Assembly: GCA_965235115.1 (NCBI GenBank)
Contig: OZ249436.1
Span: 12,774,001 to 12,838,000, forward strand
DNA length: 64,000 nt
Direction of reading: 5' to 3'
Origin: Laetmonice hystrix
Lineage: Eukaryota
Shown: positions 13,556-26,800 of the stretch, in pieces
Position numbering within the stretch: the first letter of the stretch is position 1
Layout: every line of letters begins with the position of its first letter
Notes under the pieces: generated by a model
Seen by the model: the letters and a program-made list of their open reading frames with translations, nothing else
Told to the model about the DNA's origin: nothing
Database searches by the model: none
Translations under genes and position numbers: made by a program

Positions 13556-16500
13556 CATATTTCAGCTCTGTCTAAATGGAGAGCCCTATGACTGAACGTG
13601 AGGCAAAGCTGTTGCCAGGTAAATGCCAGATGCCCGTTGAGGGCTCCATCAGCAGCAAGTGCCAACAGAGATGAAAGATGGCTGCCAGCTTTGTATTTGT
13701 CCATCGGGAGGTGTTCTGACGTACTAAGCAGTTGATGTCAATGAGACATCAATGTTTTAAGGTGGGGTATGTATAGTCGATAAGGGGAAGGGGCTTTTAC
13801 ATAGTGGGGCCTGGCTAGTAAGGCTGTGCATGCAGGGCGCCCTGCAACAGGTAGAGAAATGTTAGTGAAACCCCCTTTGCTTTGACTATCACTCACGTAC
13901 ATACCTGTACTCGAGTAGAACAGAGTTGCATGTCAACACCCATCAATTCTCAAGGTGTTGCCAGTCCTGGGTTTTAGCGAAAGATCCACAGAAGTCGCCA
14001 CAAGGGACGTAGATTAAAAGGGTTATCAGGTAGGTGTGAACACGGAATCGGTCCCTGCACGCCGAATGATTGTTTGTTAATGTTTTCATACTAATCATAG
14101 CGAGTGATGAGGCCCTCAGTAGGCCTGGAAAATCTGAAATACATGTATCTGCGTCGATAGTGCTTGGTGAATCTATGAAATATGACGTTGCCCTTCTGTG
14201 TCGTTTGACCTTCAACACTGCCTCATCCGTTGACTTGCTACAGAAGACAGACATGCAATCAGATCTGGCATGCAGGGACGCCAGTGGACCTGGCCTGGTC
14301 TCCAGGTCACGCCAAGTCATTGACGATGAATGACGGACTGTGTTGTAGGAGGGTCGTTGATTTATTTGTGTTCTGTGTATCATGTTCATGGATCATGTTA
14401 TTTGTCTCGCAGTAAATTCCGTCTTAAATTTTATTCTCCTCCGTCATCTTCGTATGCCCGTGTCATTCATCGGATCACACTGGATGGCCTTATAAAGAGA
14501 CCCCAGATGTTCACAAATTTGGCAAGAAAAGTAGCATCATCATCTTGGTCTTATCTGACCAGATTCCAGGTGTAAATGGAAGAGGCTTTCTATACGGCTG
14601 CATGACAGAGCTTGTGTTTCTGTACAGCATTGGTAGAGAAGGGGCGAGGGTGAGAGATAGGGAGAGATTGAGATAAAGAGCTGGTATGACGGAAGGAAGG
14701 ATACGGCTACCGCGGCGGTAATGGGCGTGGCCCAACCCTCTCCTGTCTTCCTTACAGTACACACAGGTAGAAGTCAACGTCACGTCAACACTATGCACCC
14801 TGGAAACAAACGTGAAGCTGAACAATTGATCATGCACATGGGTAATCTTGGTAATCTACTCTAAATGTACCAACTGATCCAAGTTGGTATGTGTTCATTA
14901 ACCATAAAGTCAGTGTTATCTTTGGCCCAGTACATAGTATAAATTACCTCATTAGTGAGGTAGCGATTCGACGGCAGCGGAGAAAGAGACAGAAAACGTG
15001 TTTAGAAATTATTTCATGGGTTTGCTGAGATCAATCATTGAAATGGATTGGTATTTCAAGAAAACCATCATTGACAAGGGCAGCCCTGCACTAAGATTTG
15101 GGATCACGCAATGAGAATATTGGCTGCACAAGACGCATACCTGCTGTGGCCCTCACCAATTGCAGCAATTTCTGCCGGAATCCTTGTCTGGGATCAGGCT
15201 CTTTTTTCAAATTTCAAGCCAACAGAAGTTTATTTTTCGGCCTAAGGATATTGAAGTCACTGCCGTTATGCAGTCTAGTAAAGGCGAGAATCCTGATATT
15301 GTTTTCTGCAGACTTATGGAAGACCTATTCCTAGGCGAGCGCATCACCTCAGGGAGTTTAGGGCCCAAGGGATTACGGCATGGTAACTTGTTTGATCAGC
15401 TCGGTCTCATTAGAAGAGTTGGCTTTCTTCATTGAAACGTCTTGGATTTTATTCTTGTCTCCATTCCACCAGAGTAGAATTTGCACCCATAGCAACGGCT
15501 TAGGTACTGAAGATATCACCATGCTGAAAACATTCAGTTTCTAATCTTTATGGCCAAAACCAAATGTCAATCCGGTGTCCAATTCGCCAAAATCTTGTAG
15601 TTGGAGTGGTGGGAACTTGGTTGTTGAAATGGTGCAGGATTGTAGCGTTTCGTGTCTGAAAAGTACCATGGGAAACACAGCCTGTCACTTTGCAGATCCA
15701 GTTAATGTAGACGGCAGGGGCCATTTAAATACTTTCTGATCCATGTTGGGCAAAAAACCTGGTGAGAAAGGAAAGCATGTCTGATTGTCGTCCCTCCAGT
15801 GTGTAATGCCATATAGATAATAGAAAAGTGAATAGTGGTCGCATTAATGCGAATATTCGTCCTCATTCACAACCCTGGGTAGACATGTGAGTTTTTGTAG
15901 TGAGACCGATATTTTGTATATTATATATTATCTGGAGGTGGAGACAGATCCCAACCGACAGCTTGTCCTGGCTTTAGTCCGGCAGCTGAGCGCCTCACCT
16001 CTGATCAAGTGCTGCGACTTTCTAGGTCTTGTGCATTCAGTGTCGTGCCAATTGCAGCTTGTAGGTGGATTAGCTTGGATAGCTTGATTACCTGTGCAGG
16101 TACCGACTTGCCGATCATCCGTGATGGGCATATATCGATCTAACCCGTTGATGCTGGCCTACTGGGCCTGGATGAGTCAATGGATGGACCCTGAAAACAA
16201 ACAGGTTGAATTGATTAGGTACGGAAGGTAGTGGCCACCCAACGGAGTATTTGGAGAATGCAAGCAAAGGCTATTACAGAATCCTTGTCACCACACCAGG
16301 CCAGAATGGTGGTTTGTTGTCGGAGAGTATAGGAGCCTAGGTGTGTGTTTAGGTTTTGCTGTCCTGTACACATACCGGTACTAGTGGCTAAAATGCTAAT
16401 GGGGAGGGGGGGGGCGCATAATCATAATTGTATTGACTTCTGGCCGTTAATGATTAATGTTGGTAGTTTATTTTCCTTGGCCAGGGAGGACCTTTGCAAT

Positions 16501-17053
16501 CAGGTAGCTCCATCTCTCATTACTTGGTAGGTTTCGAGGCAGGCGTTTGGTTTCCGGACTTGTGGAGACTAGTTCTGTACACATGATAGCTCTAGCTCTC
16601 CAGGTGTTCACCATTGTAAATGGAACACGTTCCTCGGCGTCTTTATCCTACTATCACATGATGCGCCATGGTGTTGCCATGACAACAGATGAGCTGCCCA
16701 TTCTGAAGGCATTGGTTGCTGATAGTCAGGATGTTCATGGAAAGTTAGCCGATTAGTGAGGAGAAGGTTTAGGGCCAAATTCTGTGGATTAGAACCAAGT
16801 CAAGTTCCCTGTGCCATTGGCGTTAGGTGGCCAATGTGTGACCTTCCGTTTTGTTTTGAGTGCTGCGGTGGAAGAATCCGGCGGGAAAGCTGCCATTTAT
16901 CAGGCCTCAAGCCGATCTAAGTCGGCCAGGTTGAGAGGTTGGTGGGTGATCTACGGTCAAGGGCATTTGGCCAGACCGGCTCGTGGCAAGTAGCAGCCAT
17001 AACGAAAGGTCCCAGTGCTTTTTCTGTGTCCCCGTGTTTGACATTGTTTTCAG

Positions 17054-17225
17054 GGGGGCCGTTTCACTAAGACTCGTATCGTACGGGCTCAAATCCCTCG
17101 TAAATCGCAATGACCAAAAAGCCTGTAGCTATACGAGTACGTCATACATACCAGGAAATGTGGCTGAAATGAACTTGTATTATTATTATTTTTTTTTTTA
17201 AACTTGTATTATTGAAACGGGCCCC
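17054..17225. mobile_element. Harbinger-like MITE
   Basis: GGGGGCCGTTTCACTAA ... TTATTGAAACGGGCCCC inverted termini. Confidence 0.55.
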
Positions 17226-20200
17226 TCGTATCAGAATATGGAAACAAATGAATGGATGATGTAACGGCGGCTACGGCTGTATTGGTGCTCGACCAGAAGG
17301 GTCAGCCAAGGCGCATTACGTGCGATACCTCTCTTTACCAGAATGTGTTAGCCCCGTGTAAGCTCTTTAACTGAGGAAATCTTATTAGAAATACACCTTT
17401 AAGGGGTTTTCTGCCGTTGTCGCCCCTAGGTCTGTTTCTGAGAGACACCAGTTCATGTAATACGCCCTTTGCAGAAAGTTCCCCTTATATTTGCTTGCAA
17501 TGGTCACAGCGATCATGGTCATAATGATCGTTCAGACTGTTATGAACTGCAGGTTAAAAAGGACAGGTAGGTTGTGACTGCGTTGTCATAGTTCACCTGT
17601 GTCACTGTCACTCACTGAATCAGTAAGTGAGTAGGAAGTCCATTAGGAAAGTGATATGGACCCCGAGATGGCGGTTAGCTGTCGTAATCCTCTGTTATGT
17701 AAGTGGACAATAGCATATTGTTGGTCAGTGGGCACGAGCCCATTACCTGGCTCACGCACAGCTCTTGCATAATTCAGCACTTACCCTAACGCTGCACTCC
17801 ACCGAGCATGCGCAGCCGTTCCCACCACGCTTCCTGTTTACTCTCACCTTCTCTCTGTTCGAACGAATCTAGATCTATGCAAATTGGAGTGGGTTGATTT
17901 GTTGCATCACCTAGTTTAAAAAAAATTGCTTTATTGGTTAATATATGTGGCATAATTCTCGAACCAGATATGAAATATCGGTGATTCACATCGACATTGA
18001 AAAAGCTAGCGACAGGGAAAGTAGGCAGAAACCCCAAGTAGCTGGAACGGGTTCGTAGCCAGGACTTTACATTGGAAGGAGCTGAGATTTCATGAAATCA
18101 ACAATCCTAAAAAATGTCTTCGGTGCCCACTGAAGGTTTTTGGGTCACCTCGTGAGCAGGTCACACGGCCAGTTAAAATGGATGAAGTTAGGTTTGACAG
18201 TGGCCACGAATGCCCCTTAAATAGAGTGGTTCTAAGTGATGTGGGAAGCCTGGAGATTACGAGGAGATGATCCCCGTAATCCCTGCTGCGACATCACGTG
18301 ACGGTGTACGTTGACCCCGTCAGGGCAGGGCGGACAGCCCGATCTGTCAACGAATGAACTCGGGTGTGCCTGTAAGTCAGCATTTAGTTAGAGAATGAAT
18401 GAGGTGCTACTGTTGAAGAGGTCTCACTATTTAGGCATGTATCAAATACTATCTTACATAGGACGTTGTCTCCTGAAACAAAAAATATAATATAAAAAAT
18501 AGAATTTTGCAAAATAAGTATGAACAGTAAGTTTTCATCCAATTTGGAATTTGTCTGTCTAGATTCTGTGGATGTCGTTGTACAAGTGCAGTTGTGAACC
18601 AACACGTGGATGTTTGCTGGTTGACTCAGAGGCACATGGAGAAGTTACACTACTGCATGACAGTAATTAAAAATTAATTATTCTGCGTTGAAAAGTATGA
18701 AATATATATTGAACTGGCGACATTGGTCGGAAGGAGTGTGCAGAGGGCCGTGTCCGTATTATGACTAGTAGCTGAAGCGTGTCCATTCGTCAATGTTGGA
18801 TGCAGGGCGTCCGCCTTTCTCTGACCGTTAGAATGGCCATCCTATACAATATTCATATATCTGAGGCACGTGCACAGTCCCTGTTGTCGCCTCTCTATTG
18901 GTACCGAGTCCCCATTCCTCTTGGTTACGGGCCCTTATTGACTGAGCAAATGGTAAGACAAATGTTGGATCTGATGGTGGTAGGCAGGGCTCCCTACTGA
19001 GAAGGCAGTTAGGTGACTATGCGCTAGAGAGACCTGCTGCTCTTGGGGTCCAAGTACAAGATTTGCGTCGTTGCCCGACCGTTTTTGATTTTTGTAGGAA
19101 GGAACCAACACAAATATATTGAATCAGTCAGCGAGATAATGCCAGCAGTATTCGAAATCAAACTATAAATTAATGTATATGACTGATGTATGTACATAAA
19201 ACTCAGTGGGGAAACACATGTAATCTGATCATGCTTGGGCACCGCCGATTAGTAATAGTATCCTAGGTATAATACAATGCGTCTAGTGCTAATTTAGTTA
19301 GACTGGAATGATAAGCTTTTCATGATTAAGTCGACCATAACTATAAATTTGAGAATATGTATAGAATTGCACTGGTGAACGGAGGACAATCGTTTAGACA
19401 ATTACGGTTGAAATATATCTTTTGGCTGATTGAAGAATGTATTTTTAATATCGAGAAGCCCACATTGCAATTTTTTTCTAACAGCATTAGAAGCCCATAG
19501 GTAGCTTTCCACAGTTAGAGTTTAGACCTTAGAAGAACAATCAGAAGTACCAAAAGTTCTTGACCAATCGCTTTGGTGGGACAATACATGTATGTAAAAA
19601 CCAGAATTATTCATTTGTATATATATGTCTCGTTCAAGCGAAATTTATTGGAAGTCAATGTTGCTCTAAAGATTCACACGAAAACAGGGGAAAACGCCGT
19701 TTTTCTTTAGCTGCAATTACGAAGAAACTGATTCTAAGTATAGACATATTACTTGTCACTGTAGAAGGGCACTTATGAAAGGATACAGTGCGATCATCAG
19801 ACATGTGAGCTGTAATAGGAACAGGTTTGATAAAACGATGGCAGGGACTGATGTGGACAGCCAGGCCGAGCCGCTCTGCTCCTGGCCTCTACTTAGTTAC
19901 AACAATATTAATCACTATTGGCTGACAAACATGCCCTACATAAGCACTGAACAGATAATTACCTCGAATAAATCAATTGTCTCGAGCAAGACTAGCACTT
20001 ATGGAAATTAAAGGTTCAGGTTCTGCGCTTCAAATAAACCTACCACCTGCATTTTTTCTATCCAACAAATCTGTTGATTTACCACTATGCATAAAATGAT
20101 TTCTCATTTTCTGGGAGTAGCATGATTATGTCAAAGAAGTCTTAAAGATTACGTTTAGTAGAAAGGTCGGTAGGAAAGGGGAACGTACCTGCAGTCCATG

Positions 20201-20601
20201 CATCTTTGAAGTGAATCATGTTTTATCAGTAGTACAGCATAAATTTATGGTTTAATGCATCATACCTGTTTTTAGCCCCTAATTTAAATTCTGATCAATT
20301 AATAATACCGTAATTGTGAACAGGTGGCCCAATAAATACCAAACCAATGGATACGAATGTGCAGGTGGGCAAGTATTTTTGTGGTATACTGAAAAAGAAG
20401 GATGTCAGGACCACCAGATCTAGGCCAGAGGTCCTCAGCCTTTACCAAATGCGGTGCTTTTTTTAGCCCATATTTCACGATAGCAGCCATATGTAGCAAG
20501 TTTATCTCAGACTTTTTGGTATTGCAAGTCGGGACCATAGCGCGGGGTATAATTGGTATTTCGAGTCAGACGTATAGGGCATATTGCATTCACCTAAAGT
20601 T

Positions 20602-20835
20602 AAAGCTGGTGTCACACGGCATGATATTTCTTTCCAACCCTCCGATCCCATGATATCAGGGCTATATCGGACTAAATATCGGGCAGTGTGCGCACAAGAT
20701 CGTGCAGTGATGATCATGATATTTTTGATCCGATGGTCGCAGCAATATCGGATGGTCGGTAAGTCTGATAGTTTCGATAATTATCGGGCATTCGGATGTA
20801 CGTCGGGGGTCTACCTACGATCATCGGAAGCTCGG
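20602..20835. mobile_element. Truncated Harbinger-like MITE (left arm)
   Basis: TAAAGCTGGTGTCACACGGC start and many internal ATATCGG/CGAT subterminal repeats. No matching right end found. Confidence 0.5.
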
Positions 20836-23800
20836 GGTGTTGATTTCTTCAAATTGTTCCTATGGGGGTATTGATACTGATACAAGGCGCGTTCAGGTAA
20901 TCTAGACCCTGTTTTGTTATCTTTGTGCCAAATTGTGGCTCAGTCGGAAATTCCCTTTGAAGATAGATGGAGCAGGTGGGTAGATTGCACCATTTCCATC
21001 TAGATATAGATCTGTATCTGTACAGGAAGTGGACCAGAGTTGTTGGTGGTAGCCTGGCGACCATGTGACGGTTTCCAGGAAACACAAACACACATAGGGG
21101 TTGCCCAGTTACTGTCAGGAAGTGTTGAGTACACCTGCGTCCACCTGTAAACCCCCCCCCCCCCCCCGTCCACTGTCACGATGACCAGTTGACCAAAATT
21201 GGACAGTGTACGCGCTTTCACAATTACTGCCAACTGCAACCGAGCCTCTTGGCTGGGAAAAAGTTGCAACATATCGTACCGCAGACGAACATATATATCC
21301 TAATTTCACCCTCAATGTCAAGGTCCCCATCATAAACTCATGATTTTGTTGTGATCACTGAATTAGATAGGTTATGGGACACTAGGGCTAGTGATGTGCT
21401 ATTTCTCAACATGTAATTACATCAAGAGGGCGTTAGTCAGGCCAGGGTCTATCTCCTATCTGATGGTGTTGTTATAAGCAGCCAATAATGAACAGCATTG
21501 GCAAACATGCCCTGTGGACCGTCACTGACTCAACTTGTGTTAGATAGGTGAAGCCTTTCTCGTGGAGTGCTGCTTCACAGTTGGACCCTGCCATAGGCCC
21601 TGTGTGCCTGCAAGCCTGCCCACAGCTCGCTGTGTGGACGGCGAGGGAGTGGCGAACAGTGTGCATGACAGGCGACCTCGAATGTAGGCCACTCTCGTCT
21701 ACGACTACGAGATTTGCCGCAACTGTCATCCCAACGGCGTGGATGCCTCTGTGCCAGTCCGTGTCAGGCAGCAGCAGCAGCAGCCGCAGCAGCAGCACAC
21801 CAAGCATAGACTTGAGGAAAAGCCTTTCGGCTCGGGTTGTCTCTGCTGAAGTAAAGCAGCAAGAAGAGCGCAATCCAACCAAGTCGCCTTGCTAGAACCG
21901 AGAATCAGGTAATTAGCATGTTTTCCTGACCATTTGTGTGGATTCACGTGGTGATGTCAGCTCCACGATGTCCACCATGCCTGCTGCAATCATGGCAGGT
22001 CATCAAATCCAACAGACACCCTCTTCCTCCAAGTGGAGAAGAGGTAACATAGTTAGCAAGTGGACCCCGATAAGAGGAGAGATGATGGAGCTCGTTACAA
22101 GCTGCATATAGGTCAGGCATGAACAACTTGGCACACGCTAGCTTCGTAGGGGCGATGAATTATACATCGGTGACCCTCTCAGCTTTTGTTCTACCCCCTG
22201 CTCTATTTCTCTAGAGTGTCCCGCCTATCCAACCCTCAGTCACCCTTGTGCCGTTATTGGTGTGATACATAAGGCCAACAACCATAGACTGTCGTACCTG
22301 TCCACTGAGACAGGCTACAGGTCTGCTCATCATCAGGGAGAGCCATATAAGGAACCGCGTATGATTCCTAAACAGTCTTGTCTAAATCCCATGGCTGTGC
22401 TGGTGGTAGTCCAGGAAGCCACATAATTAGGTAGAGAGACATTACTACTCTGGTCTCACCGTCTGTCTTTGTATCTATGTTGGGGAGGGGGGGGGGGGGG
22501 TCGATAGTACGAGCTGAGCTGAAAGGGAGGCAGTGTCGCCATGGTGATCAGATAGCAGCTACATCCATGATGACTGCGAGCTCGAATTCCTGTGATCCAC
22601 GGGCGGCAGGTGAAGTGATGAAGGTGGCAACAGTCGAGGTGAGAGGGAGGGAGATAGCAGCAAACACCCAAGATCTGGTGGGAAGGAATATTGCATATTC
22701 AGTAGTGATGGGCAAGATACCGCTTGACGGCCGCTAATTTCAGTTTCTCTCTGTCACAGAGAGAGCTTGATTATTGCTGTACATTTCATTAAGACCATGG
22801 AGAGGCGTCTCATCTTCTTTAAGGTCGCATCTCTTCGCATCTCTGCGCTCTGTCTTTCCGCAACCTTGATGATGTCGTAAAAGGGCAAACCAGCAGATAC
22901 GGGTGCTACCTGTACGCCCCTCGGTTAAGGTAAGTTTAGGGTTAGGTCTATTTGAATGAACGCTATTTGCAAATTGCGCACGCTATTTGCAAATTGACAA
23001 ATTGAGTACGACAATGACAAGCCTAAAGAGTGGCGCCCCCTTTTAATAAATAAACATTTATTGCAGATTTGCAGCATAAGTAGGCAGTGTATGGTTGAAA
23101 AGAACAGGTCCACTGATAAGTTTGATATATATTCCAGCCGGCTGTTCAATTTTCCGTTCCAAATCATTGATACTTTAATAAGAAAGCAACTACATTCACG
23201 TGTCTGGAGTTTGCCAGTTGCTGCATGCAGTTTGACTACGGTGAAAACCAATGCATCCATGATTAACCTGTGTGGTATAGCAGACCAGGGTTACGTGTCC
23301 GAAGAATGGTAGGTGTGAAGGCTGAAGGAAGGGCAAACAGTTGGGTTGTCCCCATGGAAACATACCATCTGGAAGCCATTGGAGATGTACTTGGCATGTA
23401 GTTTCAAGGAATACCGGTCCTATGCAAGACTAGAGAGAGGGGGAATGGCGCGTAACAGTGCAGGTACATGTTTCAGACCTATTGTGAACAGTGCAGCAGA
23501 CTGCTTTATCAAAGGCCGGCCCTGTCACGATATGTCTATGTGGAGGAACACGTTAAAGATTCTTCCCATCATCTCATCATTATCATACAATGGGTTTCGG
23601 GCTGAGTTCTTTTGACTTCTCGCCCTGATAGAGCTGAAATTCGAGAAGAGAAAGGGAATGATGCTTTTACCTAATATGGCATTATTAACAATTATCCATC
23701 TCTTTATTCTGCTTCTTCGTCTTTTTATTTTTCAAGTAATTGTTTACATTTAGGGTGAAAAGCGATTTTTATGGTACCTTTTCTGTGCGTTTCAATAATT

Positions 23801-26800
23801 GTCAAATGCAAAGAGTTTTGAAAAATTATCGTGTTATGCTGTAAGTGTAAATTAGTAGTGTGACTGACTTATCAGGGAAACCCACTTTAAGTTTTCCTCT
23901 GGTTCAATTTCTATTCTGAGCCAACGATATGATCTTTTGTTGTGTGCATCATCACGGTTTGAAAGTCCATTTTAAGTGATTCCTCAGGCCTTTTCCTTTG
24001 AAGTAATTGCCGGCAGCTAATTGCTTAGGGCAAGGTATGGCTAGTGAGTAAAAGATGAACTACTACCGAGCGTAGTTAGTAGCTTTCACTTGACTCCACA
24101 CATCGTAAATGTAAATTTCTCTTGTATTATACAAAGGTTGTTATGTACATGACCAGTGTATAAGATGCATAGAGACGCGTTTACATGTAGTAGTGAGTTA
24201 GTTACAAATCGTTATGATTTAAGACACCCCTTTTCCAGGTCAAAAATTGTTATATTTGTATGGTGCCTAGATGCATTGAAAGAGTAACAAAAAAAGAATG
24301 AAATCTTGCCACGGAGATGTTTATGCATAATAAAGCAAGCCACCTCAAAGCGATGGTCGTTTTGAGCGAAAGGAAACTGAAGTGAAGGAGGGATGGCTGT
24401 TAAATACAGTGCCGGGCCAAAAGACCCCACATATCCCTGATGGCTAGAGATTACCATGTTGTCTGTGTTTAGGCTCAAACTAAAAGCCTGTGATCCCCCG
24501 AGGAATTGTTCTGCTTACAGCCCGACATCAAAATGTCGCTTCATTTTCCGACATCCTCGCCATGGGTAAGGAACTGTGATGGGAAATGCAGAGCAAAGGT
24601 GATCGCAGGTAATCTCAAGTAAAGGGGTACAATTTGCATGGAGAGACGGGGGTGGTAGGGTGCGTCCAGGTGAGCCGGGCCCGTGGGAACTGCCCGGTGT
24701 GATGCACCAATTCCGAGGCCACGACCAGACGGCGGCCGGCATGGGGACGAGTCCTCAAAAACCAATCAAAGGAGGCGACCGTGAGCGGAAGGCCGCCCAG
24801 TGAATGGTGGCATGTTAAACCGTTTCATCCTTTCCGAACATGACAGTGTTCTCCAGGCCTGACATCAAAATGCTTTGCAGGCTTGCTGACCTAGGTAGTC
24901 CACGCATTTGATGTCATCAGAGAGATCGGATGTTAAAATCCCGCATGAGATTCAGTGCCCAGAAAGCACACATACACACACAAAATTCAAAATCCTAGAG
25001 ATTGGTATTTCTCAGGTAATTCTGGTCGGGATGTCTTGAAGTAGATTTGACGGCTAGTTATATATGACGTGCCGTGAAGGCTAAAGGTAAGCCGGGGCTT
25101 GGTGTTTTAAGTGAGCCCCCTTGGGCCAGGTGTGAGCGGGGAGGGGGTGCGACAGGTAGGGAAGTAGGGTGGGGATGATGCTGACGCTGCTCCATCAGAC
25201 TACCCCCCCCCCCTCGATATAGGACACGGCCGTGGGCCTCATTAAGCAGGTCCATCCAATGCAGCAGTTGCCCCTTCATTGGATCATTGTCGCGCCTCTA
25301 TGACGCTACACAGTGTAGGTATTGTCACAACAGGGAGGTCATCAGGGACTCTGGCATTGACCATACCTGGTGCACTTTAGAGGTCATAACAAGGTCATGA
25401 GAAGAGAATCAATGTTCCAATATGACCACCAGGAAAGAGAGTGTCATTGAATCCTGTGATGGAGCTAAAAGCAGGTCCTATATAAAATGATCTCCGCAGG
25501 GGCGAGGAAAGGGCCGCTTTCACATAGATCTGTTTTGAAATACACGTCTCTGTCTTTGCCAGAGAAAAAAACATTTTACACTGGAGCTCGATGTATCTCC
25601 AATGGTGCTGGATTTGATATTTTACCATGAAGTTTTACAGTCCTTCAGTTCTTTATAAATAAATAAATTTGTACCGAGAAACTATAATATAGTACCCGAG
25701 ACCAAAAATATGACAAGTGTATTAGGCGCTCTACTAGTACTTTGTAAGCAAACTAGGCATTAACAGCAGAAATACTAGTAGTAGTTGTCCCAGAACTGGT
25801 AGCTCGCAGGCTATAACCGAGTCGGAAAATCTATTTTAAAATAGGTAGATAGCTTCTCAACCGTTTACACTGGCGAACCTACGCGAAAAGCTTCTTCAGA
25901 GGCGACGTGATGAAGCACCGTTGTTTCATGAAATGGTGATTGACTAGTAGATAATTCGGGTTTAGGTCGTGGAGTTCAGGGCCAGTCATGCGATTGACCA
26001 ATCGCACCTGTACATCAGTATCCTGCCCCACAGTCACCTCCTGTCTGCCTCCATACCTGACAAAGATCCACTAATGAGCAGTCACGAGATGCTGATGGTG
26101 ATGTGAGGAAATATAGATACCCGTAATTATAACAATATTGGATGAATGTGAAAATAACAGTAAGCGGCCTTCCCTTGAGCAGTAGTATGAAGGTTATTGC
26201 CTATGTGACTGAGCCTAACTTTCTATTTCAACCCCCTTTGAAGTGGATCACCGCTCCTGTGTGTTTAGCCGGCCATTAAGTAAGGCTCATGAAAGGTAGA
26301 CTAAACATTGATTTCTTGAATATTTGTAGCATTGATATGAAACATTTAAATCAGGTCATGTGGTTGACGGCCTTGGGAACGTGAAATTGAAAGTAGAGAT
26401 AGCTGACCTGTAGGAAGTTACCAAGGTCGGTCAACCCCCGGCCTATACATGGTCGTTTATGTCGTGCCAGTGTTTGTTTTAAAATGATCACCAGGACGAA
26501 GGGTTCAAAAAAATAACATAGTACCGATCTTGACAACAGAGTATGATCACAGCAGGTCAGTATGGATGTACATACGAGGACAAAGGTATAGACATATATA
26601 TTAGAGATGACGCGATGTTTGGGCCCAGGGCTATTGCTGCGTGGGCGAACACTGTTCCCATCTATTGAAAGCACCCACTTCGTCCAATTTTAAAGGGAAG
26701 AACAGGGAGAAGCGTAAGATTTTTTTCTGCTCACCCAACATTTTCTTTGAGCAGTATCAAGCGGGTTGTTAAAAGGTGCACTAAGGTCTTGACTAAGGTA

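Noticed and set aside
13943..14389. Longest ORF in the track (148 aa) and the other short ORFs between 6 and 37 kb
   Set aside because: No recognisable domain or exon chain; consistent with chance ORFs in intronic and intergenic DNA.
20752..20764. ATG GTC G|GTAAGT phase-1 mini exon
   Set aside because: It lies inside a Harbinger-like MITE fragment with no promoter or acceptor context; probably chance.
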